Origin: an uncultured Bifidobacteriaceae bacterium
GTDB lineage: Bacteria > Verrucomicrobiota > Verrucomicrobiia > Limisphaerales > SIBH01
Assembly: GCA_964420805.1 (NCBI GenBank)
Contig: CAYQWK010000001.1
Span: 3,773 to 67,772, forward strand
Direction of reading: 5' to 3'
Length of the DNA stretch: 64,000 nucleotides
Part shown: positions 10,472 through 19,543 of the stretch, piece by piece
How the letters are laid out: the number at the start of each line of letters is the position of its first letter
Position numbering within the stretch: the first letter of the stretch is position 1
Notes under the pieces: generated by a model
What the model was told of the DNA's origin: nothing
The model's input: the letters and a program-made list of their open reading frames with translations, nothing else
Database searches by the model: none
Made by a program: the position numbers and the translations under genes

Positions 10472-10719
10472 CGCGCGAGAATGCTGCCGGTGCAAGACGG
10501 CCACGCGCTACTGCCAAGAGTCTTTCGTTGCGACGCGCTGGCATTGTGCGCCGCCTGACAGGTGCGCAAAACGGGTCGCCAGATTTCCCCATCTCATCGC
10601 CTCGTCGCGTCCCGCCTTTGAATTCATGTCCTGCTCGCATCCAAGCAGCCTTGAGCGAGGGCATCCCCGGCCAAATCACTTGACAATCCCGACCGTCAGT
10701 TTCTACCTCGGCAACGAGT

Positions 10720-13296
10720 ATGAAAAAAGAGTCGTCAGCTTTCTTCTCCTTCCAGATGGCTAAATTCTCAAAAGCGTTCTTTGCGACAGTCATTTTGGTT
10801 TTGCTGTCCGGAACCCAAAGCGAGGTCGGCGCGGCAGGCCCGACGAACACCATCGCATTCACGGAAAGTCATACCGAGAAACTCCGCTGCTCCGGCACTC
10901 CAGCCGCATGCTGGAAGACGAATGCGGGCAAATACGCTTTGAATGCCAGGGCGCTGATCAACGGCATAAACACCTCTGCTTTCAACTCCAACACAGTGGT
11001 CGATCTTCAGTTGGGAAGCCTGCACGTAATCGGGCGCCTCGGCGATGATCCCAAGTACCGCCCCGGTCGCAACTCGGCCATTTTCTCGCGCCGGGTCACG
11101 AACGAGACGGGGAAAGTCATCTTGACGGAAACGCTGACCGTGAAATGGACCGGCAAACTGCTCACCGTGGTGGCGAAAGGCACCACCCTCGACACCGCCG
11201 CCCCGGGATGGACCGGCATCCTGGCAAAGGGCCGCGCCGGACATGAAACCGGGAAGGTCACCAACTCGCTCACCGGGACGATTTTCTTCGGTTCACTTGG
11301 CGTCAAGTTCCCGAACGTCACCGCCGTGGGGTCGATCAAAACCACCAAGGTCGTTGGCAAAGATGGCACCACCAACACCATCTCTTTGGTCGGCGAGAAA
11401 GCCGGCGGGGTGGGTGAGCGAACGCCGGCTCCGATCCATGTTGCCGTGGGCGGCAACACCACCATCACCAATCTGACGCTCGGCAACGGCGGCGGTTCAG
11501 TCACCCTGAACTCCGGATCGGTGACCGGCATTTCCGTTGTCTTTCCCCCTGGCGCATTATCCGGTTCCACGTTGATCACGCTCGGCCAGACCGACGCCTC
11601 CATGACGCCGCAATCCGGCACTTATCCCGGCATCACTCTCAGTCTTCACACGGACGGCCAGACCGGGTTTGAGGAACCGCTCGCCATCACGATTCCGCTG
11701 ACCAACCTCGATATCATTCCCGTTCCCTATTACATCGATACCAACGGATATCTGCACCCGTGTCAGATCATCAACATCGATCGAATTGCGGGAACGATGA
11801 CCTTCGAGACCTTTCACGCATCGCTGTTCACCTGGCTGCTCGCCAATCTCGCCGGAGCAGGAGGCCACACCACTTACAAACCGTCAGTGGATGGCTTTCA
11901 GATCGTCAATTACGGATCGGTCTATAATCCGGGTGGTGAGTGCTTCGGCATCAGCGCGTTTGCCCAATGGAATTACCGCACCAAAGGCGGCGGTCTTTAT
12001 CCGCGCTACATGATGGACATTCCCACCCCCAATGGCGGCACCGTGAAAGGACAGAACATCATCGCCACGAGGGCTCACACCTCCGTCTCCAGGCTTTGGA
12101 ACTCCTATGTCCCGAACGTGCAAAGCCAGTTTAACCTCTCCGCCACCGAACGCCTCGCCGTAATCAGGAACATCCTCGATAACACGGCCCGGCCAACGAT
12201 CCTTTATCTGAGCGATAATCCGTCCTCATCCGGCACCCACGCGGTCCTCGCCTACGATTACGGCGCATTCGACACTCTTGCCATCAATGATCCGAATTAT
12301 CCGGGTGAAAACAGGACCGCATACATCGACAGCGGCACGTTGATCTATCCTCCGTATCGCAGCATTACCGTCATCGGAAGCGGCTCGTTCCGCACGGAGT
12401 CATTCGAGAACATCTATCAGGATGCCGAAAGCGGTTTCAGCGGGAACGGGGCCGCGCAGGTCCAGATAACGTCGCACACCAACACCCAACGCGTCACGGG
12501 ACGCATCGTCACGCTCTCGGGAAAGATCGAAAGCGGCCAGGTGCTGGTGGACAACCTGGAAGTTTGGGTGAACCAAATCTCGAAGTTCGAGCAAAGCATC
12601 ACCACTTCCGGTTCTTTCAGCCTTCCGATCAACCTCGTCGCCGGCGAAAACAGGATCACTTTCGTGACCAAGGGCCATGACATCCGCAACAACGTCATCG
12701 AGGCGCCAAACACTCAAGTGACCCCGTTCATCATCAATTCCGATGCCTCGAACGCGGCCATCCTGGTCACCCTGACCTGGGACACCGGCGACACCGATCT
12801 CGACCTGTACACCATTGACCCCACCGGCGACTATTCCGCCTATTACCACCGATCCACAGCCGACGGAGGCGAACTCGATTACGACGACACAAACGGCTAT
12901 GGCCCCGAACATTGGACCCTGCTTGAATCCGACAATGTCCGATGGGGCCAGGACTATGAAGTGCGGCTTCATTACTACTCCGACCATTCCAGCGGAACCA
13001 CCATCGCCACCCGCTGGAACATCAGCGTCCTGCTCTACGAAGGAACGCCCCGCGCCGTGAATTACAATTTCAGCGGCGTCCTTTCCTCCGACAATTCCGG
13101 GAACACCGGGCCGCATGCAACCGGCGCCGACTGGGCTGATGTTTGTACCGTTACTCCCGTCGTCGCCTCGCCGGCATTCGCCGCTCCCTCGGCCACCAAA
13201 GGCAAGAACGGGAAGGCACGCATCATCGTTCCCCTGCCCTCTGAAACCGAACGCCTCTGGTTCAAGGAAAACGCCGGCGGCGTTGGAGGCAGATAA
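10720..13296 (+). CDS. Large secreted multidomain protein: N-terminal region, ZU5-like beta domain, papain-like Cys/His peptidase-like domain, Ig-like domain, DUF2135 (YfaP-like) C-terminal domain
   Basis: Signal peptide MAKFSKAFFATVILVLLSG. GGECFGISAF has its Cys codon at 11941-11943, GTHAVLAYDY its His codon at 12238-12240, followed by INDPNYPG. TLTWDTGDTDLDLYTIDPTGD...DDTNGYGPEHWTL resembles DUF2135. Confidence 0.85.
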   Translation: MKKESSAFFSFQMAKFSKAFFATVILVLLSGTQSEVGAAGPTNTIAFTESHTEKLRCSGTPAACWKTNAGKYALNARALINGINTSAFNSNTVVDLQLGSLHVIGRLGDDPKYRPGRNSAIFSRRVTNETGKVILTETLTVKWTGKLLTVVAKGTTLDTAAPGWTGILAKGRAGHETGKVTNSLTGTIFFGSLGVKFPNVTAVGSIKTTKVVGKDGTTNTISLVGEKAGGVGERTPAPIHVAVGGNTTITNLTLGNGGGSVTLNSGSVTGISVVFPPGALSGSTLITLGQTDASMTPQSGTYPGITLSLHTDGQTGFEEPLAITIPLTNLDIIPVPYYIDTNGYLHPCQIINIDRIAGTMTFETFHASLFTWLLANLAGAGGHTTYKPSVDGFQIVNYGSVYNPGGECFGISAFAQWNYRTKGGGLYPRYMMDIPTPNGGTVKGQNIIATRAHTSVSRLWNSYVPNVQSQFNLSATERLAVIRNILDNTARPTILYLSDNPSSSGTHAVLAYDYGAFDTLAINDPNYPGENRTAYIDSGTLIYPPYRSITVIGSGSFRTESFENIYQDAESGFSGNGAAQVQITSHTNTQRVTGRIVTLSGKIESGQVLVDNLEVWVNQISKFEQSITTSGSFSLPINLVAGENRITFVTKGHDIRNNVIEAPNTQVTPFIINSDASNAAILVTLTWDTGDTDLDLYTIDPTGDYSAYYHRSTADGGELDYDDTNGYGPEHWTLLESDNVRWGQDYEVRLHYYSDHSSGTTIATRWNISVLLYEGTPRAVNYNFSGVLSSDNSGNTGPHATGADWADVCTVTPVVASPAFAAPSATKGKNGKARIIVPLPSETERLWFKENAGGVGGR

Positions 13297-13301
13297 ACAC
13301 C

Positions 13302-13853
13302 ATGCCACCCCGACGCATGACCAATGGGCGCTGCCTGCCAGGCCTCCACGGTATCCTCGCGCTGCTTTGGGCTGGCTTGATGAGTTTTTCCCTTTCCACT
13401 TCTGCCGCTTCCAAACCCGCCCGTTTTCAATCCGGGCGCGAGACGGTTCTAAGCCGGACCCGTGTCGGTCCCGCAGGCGCCACATTGCGAACAGGCACCA
13501 ACGGGACGCCCGTGGACGGAATCACCGTCGAGATTCCCAAGGGCGCCCTCGCTCGCGAAATCACCGTCACCCTCTCCTGCAACACCGGCCAACTGACCGG
13601 AGTCCGGGGCGATGCCAGCGGCGCCTTTTTGCGAATTGATGCCGGGAATGTCGCTGAGTTCGAGCAACCGTTGAAGATCATCGCCGCTTATGATCCCGTG
13701 AAATGGAAGAACCGCACCGCCGTGGGATACGCCATCGACAACACGGGCGAGCTTGCCGCCCTCGACTTGGGTCCGAAGGACGGAAAATCCGGCACCGCCT
13801 CGTTTTTTACCCTCGTGCCTCTGCTCTTCACTTGGATCTACGCGCCTCCGTGA
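13302..13853 (+). CDS. Small secreted protein, a paralogue of the ZU5-like segment of the upstream 858-aa protein
   Basis: The start lies 6 nt after the upstream stop. ITVEIPKGALAREITVTL...FEQPLKIIAAYD...FFTLVPLLFTWIYA parallels ISVVFPPGALSGSTLITL...FEEPLAITIPL...FHASLFTWLLA (about 11488-11850). Confidence 0.65.
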   Translation: MPPRRMTNGRCLPGLHGILALLWAGLMSFSLSTSAASKPARFQSGRETVLSRTRVGPAGATLRTGTNGTPVDGITVEIPKGALAREITVTLSCNTGQLTGVRGDASGAFLRIDAGNVAEFEQPLKIIAAYDPVKWKNRTAVGYAIDNTGELAALDLGPKDGKSGTASFFTLVPLLFTWIYAPP

Positions 13854-14016
13854 AATCGCCCGGGTTGTTTGCGAACATTCAAGCATCCGGTCGTTCCCAA
13901 TGAGGTCTGGCCGTCGCTGAAAAACTTTCCGCCTGCCGCAGCGCCGCGATCAGTTGCATCTCACAACACCATTCGATTCCAACCACCGTTTCCCCCGGCA
14001 GAACGAATCGTCGATC

Positions 14017-15675
14017 TTAACCGAGCATGTATTCCTCGATCCGCTCCACGCCCGATTCCTCCGGCGTGCTTGCGGCAAGCAGGTCGCGCGAGGGATTTGT
14101 GAAATCGATCTTCGCCAGTTGGGTGTAATGCCGGAACACATCCACATTCTGGATGAACCCGCCGAACCGTTCCGATCCCGGCCCCATGGCCAGCACGGGC
14201 ACGAAATCCGCCGTGTGGGCGCTTCCCGTCCATCCAATGCCAATCCGGTTTCCGATCAACTGGCCGAGTTGAACCATCTCGTTGTTCATCACGTCGTACA
14301 ACGGTGTCCCCTTCTTCTCCAGGAACGGAATGAGCAGCTTGATCCTCCGCTCGGACGGCTTGTAGCCCGTGGCGTCCGAAATGATCTGAATGGCTTCGGC
14401 CGGCGTTGGAATATAGTCCTTGGCCTTGGGAGTCTTCGCAGCCGGTGTCGCGGGTTTGGCCGTTGAATCTTCAGGCTTTGCGGCTTCATCCAGATTCGCG
14501 GGCTGATCCGCCTGCTTCGCGTTGAAACCGTCCGCGTCCGAGTCCTTCTTCTCCTCCGTGTCTTCGACAACTGTCTTGCGCTTGAGCCGCTTCATCAGCT
14601 CCGCGAAGGAGCATTTGATCGTGGCGGTGTTGGCGAACATCGGCGAACTCAATCCGTAAGCTTTGCCCGCTCCGTTCGATCCCATGTTGCCCGTGCCATG
14701 ATCCGTCGTGATCACCACCAGCGTGTCCGGATTCTTCTTCCGAAAATCGAGCACCACATCGAGCGCCTCGTCGAAGGACACCATCTCGCGCATCGCCGAC
14801 GGAGCGTCGCAATTGTGGCAGGCCTGGTCCACGCGGCCGCCTTCGACCTGCAGGATGAAATGGTCGTGCCGTTGCAGCCATCCGAGGGCCGACTGCGTCA
14901 TGGTGGCCAGCGAAGGCGTGACAGCCGCCAGTTTCGGGTCGGCCAGTTGGTCGATGACGAACGGCAGATGGGAACTGGCGAATGTGCCAAGCCATCGCCG
15001 GCTGGTGTCGGCTTTTGTCAGATCATCCGCCGTGGTCATGACCTCATAGCCGGCGGCCTTGTAATCGCGAATCAGGTCGCGCTTGTCCTTGCGCGTTTTG
15101 GACTCGAAGAACTTCAAACCGCCGCCCAGCAGCACATCCACCTTCCGGTCCAGATACTGCGTCGCGATCATGCTCCCGGTGTCGCGGTTGTCCACGGCGG
15201 CGGCGAATCCCGCCGGTGTGGCGTGGGTGATCTCCGTGGTCATCACCAGACCACGCTTCCAACCCTGTTCGCCGAACAATTCATAAAGCGTCTTGAGCTT
15301 CGTCTTGTCCGGCAACGTGTTCACCCAGCCGTTCACAATGCGCGAACCGCTGCCCCAGCTTGAGGATGCCGCCGAGGAATCCGTCACCATCGAGTTCAAG
15401 GACCGCATGTTCATCCAACCGGCGCGCGTGCCCGGATTGTTGAACAACTGCATGAACGTCAGCCCCCGCTTTCGCGTGAGATGGGAGAAATAATCCGCGC
15501 AGGTGAGCGTACCCATGCTCATCCCGTCCACCACCATGTGGATGATGTGGCGGGGACGGGACCCGCGCCCAAACTCGAACAATCCGGCCGGTCGCCCGAC
15601 ATTGGGAAAAGCAACTGCGGTTGCGGAAATCAAACCCGCACGGGTGAAAAACCGGCGGCGTGACACGTCTTTCAT
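14017..15675 (-). CDS. Alkaline phosphatase (PhoA family) with a TAT signal and a low-complexity Lys/Pro/Ala insertion
   Basis: Trimmed to the ATG at 15675. MKDVSRRRFFTRAGLISATAVAF is a TAT leader. HMVVDGMSMG, VTDSSAASSSWGSG (the PhoA D-S-x-A-S active-site region) and ITTDHGTGN support the family call. Confidence 0.9.
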   Translation of the reverse strand: MKDVSRRRFFTRAGLISATAVAFPNVGRPAGLFEFGRGSRPRHIIHMVVDGMSMGTLTCADYFSHLTRKRGLTFMQLFNNPGTRAGWMNMRSLNSMVTDSSAASSSWGSGSRIVNGWVNTLPDKTKLKTLYELFGEQGWKRGLVMTTEITHATPAGFAAAVDNRDTGSMIATQYLDRKVDVLLGGGLKFFESKTRKDKRDLIRDYKAAGYEVMTTADDLTKADTSRRWLGTFASSHLPFVIDQLADPKLAAVTPSLATMTQSALGWLQRHDHFILQVEGGRVDQACHNCDAPSAMREMVSFDEALDVVLDFRKKNPDTLVVITTDHGTGNMGSNGAGKAYGLSSPMFANTATIKCSFAELMKRLKRKTVVEDTEEKKDSDADGFNAKQADQPANLDEAAKPEDSTAKPATPAAKTPKAKDYIPTPAEAIQIISDATGYKPSERRIKLLIPFLEKKGTPLYDVMNNEMVQLGQLIGNRIGIGWTGSAHTADFVPVLAMGPGSERFGGFIQNVDVFRHYTQLAKIDFTNPSRDLLAASTPEESGVERIEEYMLG

Positions 15676-15849
15676 GATGCGCAACCGGACGGCCGTCCAA
15701 AACACGCTATTCAACGCGCCGGCTTCTCCAGCTCGGGTCCGACCTTTTCTCCCAAATTGCACGACCAGCCATGAGCCAGACCGCCGGTACGGCCCACGTC
15801 TTGTTTTCATTCGCCATCCGCATCGCCGCGTGGTGAAGTCGCCTCCGCC

Positions 15850-16374
15850 GTGGGCAAACTGCTCCAAAAATTCCTGGGCTGCTCTCTCGCGCTGGCCGTG
15901 TTGCTGGCGGGAGCCATCGGCATCAGCCCGGTCCTCCACGTCCTGATCGAGCACGGCGGCGCCTCCACGGCTCACACACATTTCGGCGCAAAGGTTTCTT
16001 ACTCGCACACGCATTCGCGCCTGCCTGCTGCTGCGGCCGCGGTAAAACCGCTCAAACCGTTACGGCTGCAAACGGCCCCGCCCCTCACGCTGTTCGGCCT
16101 GCAACCGCAATCTCTCTTCCGCTCGGCCGCAAGGCTTGCTTCCGGCCTGCTCCATTCGATTCCCGCCCCGCCTGACGGCACCGACTCGTCGCACACGCAC
16201 CACAGCCTCGCGCAAATGCTTCTGTCCGGAGCGGTGGAGTTCTCACTGGATGTTCCGGCGGTGTCGCCGGTCTGTCCGTCCGAGCAGTTCGCCGCCACGC
16301 CATCCACCACCGTCGTCCGGTCCTTCGAGTGGCAGGCCCAAACCGCCAGCCGCGCCCCGCCGTTGCGCGCCTAG
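15850..16374 (+). CDS. Hypothetical membrane-anchored His-rich protein upstream of the TonB-dependent receptor
   Basis: GTG start. There is an N-terminal hydrophobic helix (LGCSLALAVLLAGAIGI) followed by HVLIEHGG..HTH..SHTH..SHTHH. No family was recognised, and the high GC makes the ORF alone weak evidence. Confidence 0.35.
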   Translation: MGKLLQKFLGCSLALAVLLAGAIGISPVLHVLIEHGGASTAHTHFGAKVSYSHTHSRLPAAAAAVKPLKPLRLQTAPPLTLFGLQPQSLFRSAARLASGLLHSIPAPPDGTDSSHTHHSLAQMLLSGAVEFSLDVPAVSPVCPSEQFAATPSTTVVRSFEWQAQTASRAPPLRA

Positions 16375-16515
16375 TTCCCTCCGTTCGATTCCTAAATCGT
16401 CTCCGACCGCTCGCGTGTGCGCGCGGCGTTGGCGTCCATCCCCACCCGGCAGGCCACTTCTGGCCCCGTGAAAGGTTGGGATGGTTTTAATCAAAACTTT
16501 TGCTCCGTAGATCCG

Positions 16516-18657
16516 ATGAAACCGCAGACCCAAAACAAACTCCGCCGGCCCACGAACGTGGCGCGGGCAAACAGATTCCTCGACCCCATCCACCCTGCCG
16601 CCTTTGCCCTCGCGTGTGCTCTCTGCGCCGCGGCCCAGGCCCAAAACACCACCACCAACCTCCCGCCGGTTTCCGGCACCAACAAGCCTCCCCGTCTCGA
16701 TGAAATTGTCGTGACGGGACGCGAGGACAGCCTAGTGGGCGTGGCCGAATCCGCCACCCAAGGCACTGTCGGTGCAAAGCAACTCGCCACCCGCCCCATC
16801 CTGCGTTCCGGGGAAATCCTCGAAACCGTCCCCGGCGTCATCATCACGCAACACGCCGGCGGCGGTAAGGCCAACCAGTATTTCCTGCGCGGCTTCAACC
16901 TCGACCACGGCACCGACTTCTACACCACGCTCGACGGCATGCCCGTGAACCTGCCCACCCACGGCCACGGCCAGGGCTACACGGACATGAACATCGTCAT
17001 CCCCGAATTCATCGAGCGGGTGAACTACCAGAAGGGCGTCTATTACGCCGCCAACGGCGACTTCGCCTCCGCCGGGGCCGCGCACCTCGAAACCTTCCGC
17101 GTCCTGCCGCAAAGTTTCGTCACCGTCGAGGGCGGCATGTTCGGCTATGGCCGCGCCGTCTTCGGCACCTCGCCGAAAGTGGGCGACGGCAACCTGCTCA
17201 TCGGCGGCGAGGCGTATCATCATGACGGCCCGTGGGAAAATCCCGACGACTACCAGAAGTTCAACGGCCTGCTGAGCTACAACGTCGGCAACGCCGCCAA
17301 CGGCTGGAGCCTCACCGCGCGCGGTTATCACGGGAAATGGGATTCCAGCGACCAGGTCGCCGCCAGCGCCATCCGCCGGAATCTGATTTCCTTCTACGAT
17401 TCCCTCGACGACACCACCGGCGGCAATTCCCAACGTTACAGCGCCCAGGGCGAATGGCATCGCAGCGACGACGCCTCCGCCACGCGCGTCCGGGCCTACG
17501 GCTTCTACTACGACCTCGATCTGTTCTCCAACTTCACCTACTTCCTCGACGATCCGGTGCGCGGCGACCAGTTCGAGCAGGCCGACCGGCGCTGGGTGGC
17601 CGGACTCGACGCCAGCCATTCCTTCTTCAACCGCTGGTTCGGGCGCGAAGTGGAAAACACCTTCGGCCTCCAGACGCGCACCGATGTCATCCGCAACGGC
17701 CTCTTTCACACCCAGGCCCGCGAACGTCTCGGCACGACCCGTCGCGATGACATCCTCGAATCCAGCGTCGGCCTCTACTTCGAGAACAAGGTCCAGTGGG
17801 CGGAAAAGTTCCGCACCGTGGCTGGCGCACGTGGCGACCTTTACCACTTCGATGTCGATTCCATCCTCGATGCCAACGACGGCGCGCGCACCGCGCTTAT
17901 CGGCAGTCCCAAGTTAAGCCTCATCTTCGGCCCGTGGGCGGACACAGAAGTTTATCTCGAAGGCGGCCTCGGCCATCACAGCAACGACGGACGCGGCGTG
18001 AACACGCGCATCGATCCCGCCAGCGGCGCGCGTGTTTCCCGCGCCGATCCGCTCGTCCGAACCTACGGCGCGGAAGTCGGCGTGCGTTCCACCTACGTTC
18101 CCGGCCTGCACAGTTCCGTCGCGTTCTGGTGGCTGGACGTGGATTCGGAGCTTCTCTTCGTCGGTGACGCCGGCGCCACCGAGGCGAGCCGCCCGAGCCG
18201 ACGTTATGGCGTCGAACTGGCCAACTACTACAACGTGAACAAATGGCTTTCCCTCGACCTCGACTACTCCGTCTCCCACGCGGAATTCCGCGACTCCAGT
18301 TCCGCCAATCACATCCCCGGCTCCATCGAGAGCGTCGTCGCGGCGGGCTTCACCGTGCGCAGCGACTGCGGACTCTTCGGCAGCCTGCGCCTGCGCTACT
18401 TCGGCCCGCGTCCGCTCACCGAGGACAACCGCGTGCGCTCCGGCGAGACCATCCTCCTCAACGCCCAACTCGGCTACGCCATCAACAAGACATGGACCAT
18501 CACCGCTGACGTGCTCAACGTCCTCGACCGCCGCGACCAGGACATCGCCTATTCTTACGAGTCCCGCGTCCGCCCCGGCGACACCGCACGCGAGCAAAAG
18601 CACATTCATCCGGTCGAGCCGATCCAGTTCCGTGCCGGCGTCACGGCGCGATTCTGA
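16516..18657 (+). CDS. TonB-dependent outer-membrane receptor
   Basis: Start at ATG 16516 (MKPQTQNKL...ALCAAAQAQ, signal peptide). The plug region is LDEIVVTGRE...ILETVPGVIITQHAGGGKANQYFLRGFNLDHGTDF. A long beta-barrel part ends in ...FRAGVTARF, with a terminal aromatic residue. Confidence 0.9.
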   Translation: MKPQTQNKLRRPTNVARANRFLDPIHPAAFALACALCAAAQAQNTTTNLPPVSGTNKPPRLDEIVVTGREDSLVGVAESATQGTVGAKQLATRPILRSGEILETVPGVIITQHAGGGKANQYFLRGFNLDHGTDFYTTLDGMPVNLPTHGHGQGYTDMNIVIPEFIERVNYQKGVYYAANGDFASAGAAHLETFRVLPQSFVTVEGGMFGYGRAVFGTSPKVGDGNLLIGGEAYHHDGPWENPDDYQKFNGLLSYNVGNAANGWSLTARGYHGKWDSSDQVAASAIRRNLISFYDSLDDTTGGNSQRYSAQGEWHRSDDASATRVRAYGFYYDLDLFSNFTYFLDDPVRGDQFEQADRRWVAGLDASHSFFNRWFGREVENTFGLQTRTDVIRNGLFHTQARERLGTTRRDDILESSVGLYFENKVQWAEKFRTVAGARGDLYHFDVDSILDANDGARTALIGSPKLSLIFGPWADTEVYLEGGLGHHSNDGRGVNTRIDPASGARVSRADPLVRTYGAEVGVRSTYVPGLHSSVAFWWLDVDSELLFVGDAGATEASRPSRRYGVELANYYNVNKWLSLDLDYSVSHAEFRDSSSANHIPGSIESVVAAGFTVRSDCGLFGSLRLRYFGPRPLTEDNRVRSGETILLNAQLGYAINKTWTITADVLNVLDRRDQDIAYSYESRVRPGDTAREQKHIHPVEPIQFRAGVTARF

Positions 18658-18672
18658 CCTGAACCACCGCGC

Positions 18673-19422
18673 ATGACCCGGATCTTCAAGCTGGCTCTCG
18701 CCGTGTCGCTCGCCGCCCACGTCGCGCTCTTCGCGATCGTGCGGTCGATGCCGCGCGGCGGGAGCCAGCCTTTGCCGAAGACTCCGGTGGAAACGATTCT
18801 CGTCATGCTCCCGGAACGCGAAGACCCGCCCGAAGAGAAACCCGCGCCGCCGCCCCCGCCGCCAATCCCGGAAAAGATTCCTCCCGTTCCGGCGCCGCAG
18901 CCAGCGCCTCCGCCCGTCACGCCTCCGGCCCCGCCGCCAGTTGTGGCTCCGCCGGCGATCAAACCCGTTCCACCGCCGGAGCCGCGCCGTGTCGAGCCGC
19001 CTGCTCCGACAATTCCTGCGCCTGTGGAACAAACTGCCGCGCCCACGTCTCCGGCTCCCCATGTGGTCGTCGCGTCTCCGGCGCCTTCAACTCCTGCCGT
19101 TCTCCCGCCTCCGCCCGTTATTGCTTCGCAAACAACTCCCTCCGCCGTCCCTTCGCTTCACATCGGTCCCGTGCAATATCGCCGGAAGGTCGAGCCGGAA
19201 TATCCGCTCCTCGCGCGCCGCCGCCGGCAGGAAGGCGTGGTGTTGCTCGAAGTCACCATCGCGGCCGACGGACGGGCCACCCACGTAACGGTGAAACAAT
19301 CCTCCGGCTTTCCGCTCCTCGACCGCGCCGCCGAGGAAGCTGCGCGCCAGTCTGAATTCGATCTGCCCTCCAGCCAGACCATGCGCGCCGAAGTTCCCGT
19401 GCGCTTCATGTTGAAGAAATAA
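18673..19422 (+). CDS. tonB: Energy transducer TonB
   Basis: N-terminal anchor LALAVSLAAHVALFAIV, a Pro-rich spacer (PPPPPIPEKIPPVPAPQPAPPPVTPP...), and a C-terminal YPLLARRRRQEGVVLLEVTIAADGRATHVTV domain. Confidence 0.88.
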   Translation: MTRIFKLALAVSLAAHVALFAIVRSMPRGGSQPLPKTPVETILVMLPEREDPPEEKPAPPPPPPIPEKIPPVPAPQPAPPPVTPPAPPPVVAPPAIKPVPPPEPRRVEPPAPTIPAPVEQTAAPTSPAPHVVVASPAPSTPAVLPPPPVIASQTTPSAVPSLHIGPVQYRRKVEPEYPLLARRRRQEGVVLLEVTIAADGRATHVTVKQSSGFPLLDRAAEEAARQSEFDLPSSQTMRAEVPVRFMLKK

Positions 19423-19543
19423 AGAGAACCGGAAGGCCAAGGCGAAACCTGCCGCAGCAATCCACGAGGGCGCGGAAAACTGCCCCGCGCAGACACGCGC
19501 CCATTTCCGTATCGGAGCTTGGGTTTAGTAAGTGCCAACTCGT

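Noticed and set aside
10680-10709. TTGACA at 10680-10685 as the -35 box of a sigma-70-type promoter for the 858-aa gene
   Set aside because: The best -10 candidate at 17-18 nt spacing (ctacct/tacctc) is poor. It would also leave almost no 5' UTR. The call is not supportable without TSS data.
16380-16400. T-loop-like strings (ccgttcgattcct here; gggttcaatcctg at about 51535-51550) that might indicate tRNA genes
   Set aside because: The flanking bases do not form T-stems, and no acceptor or anticodon arms can be drawn.
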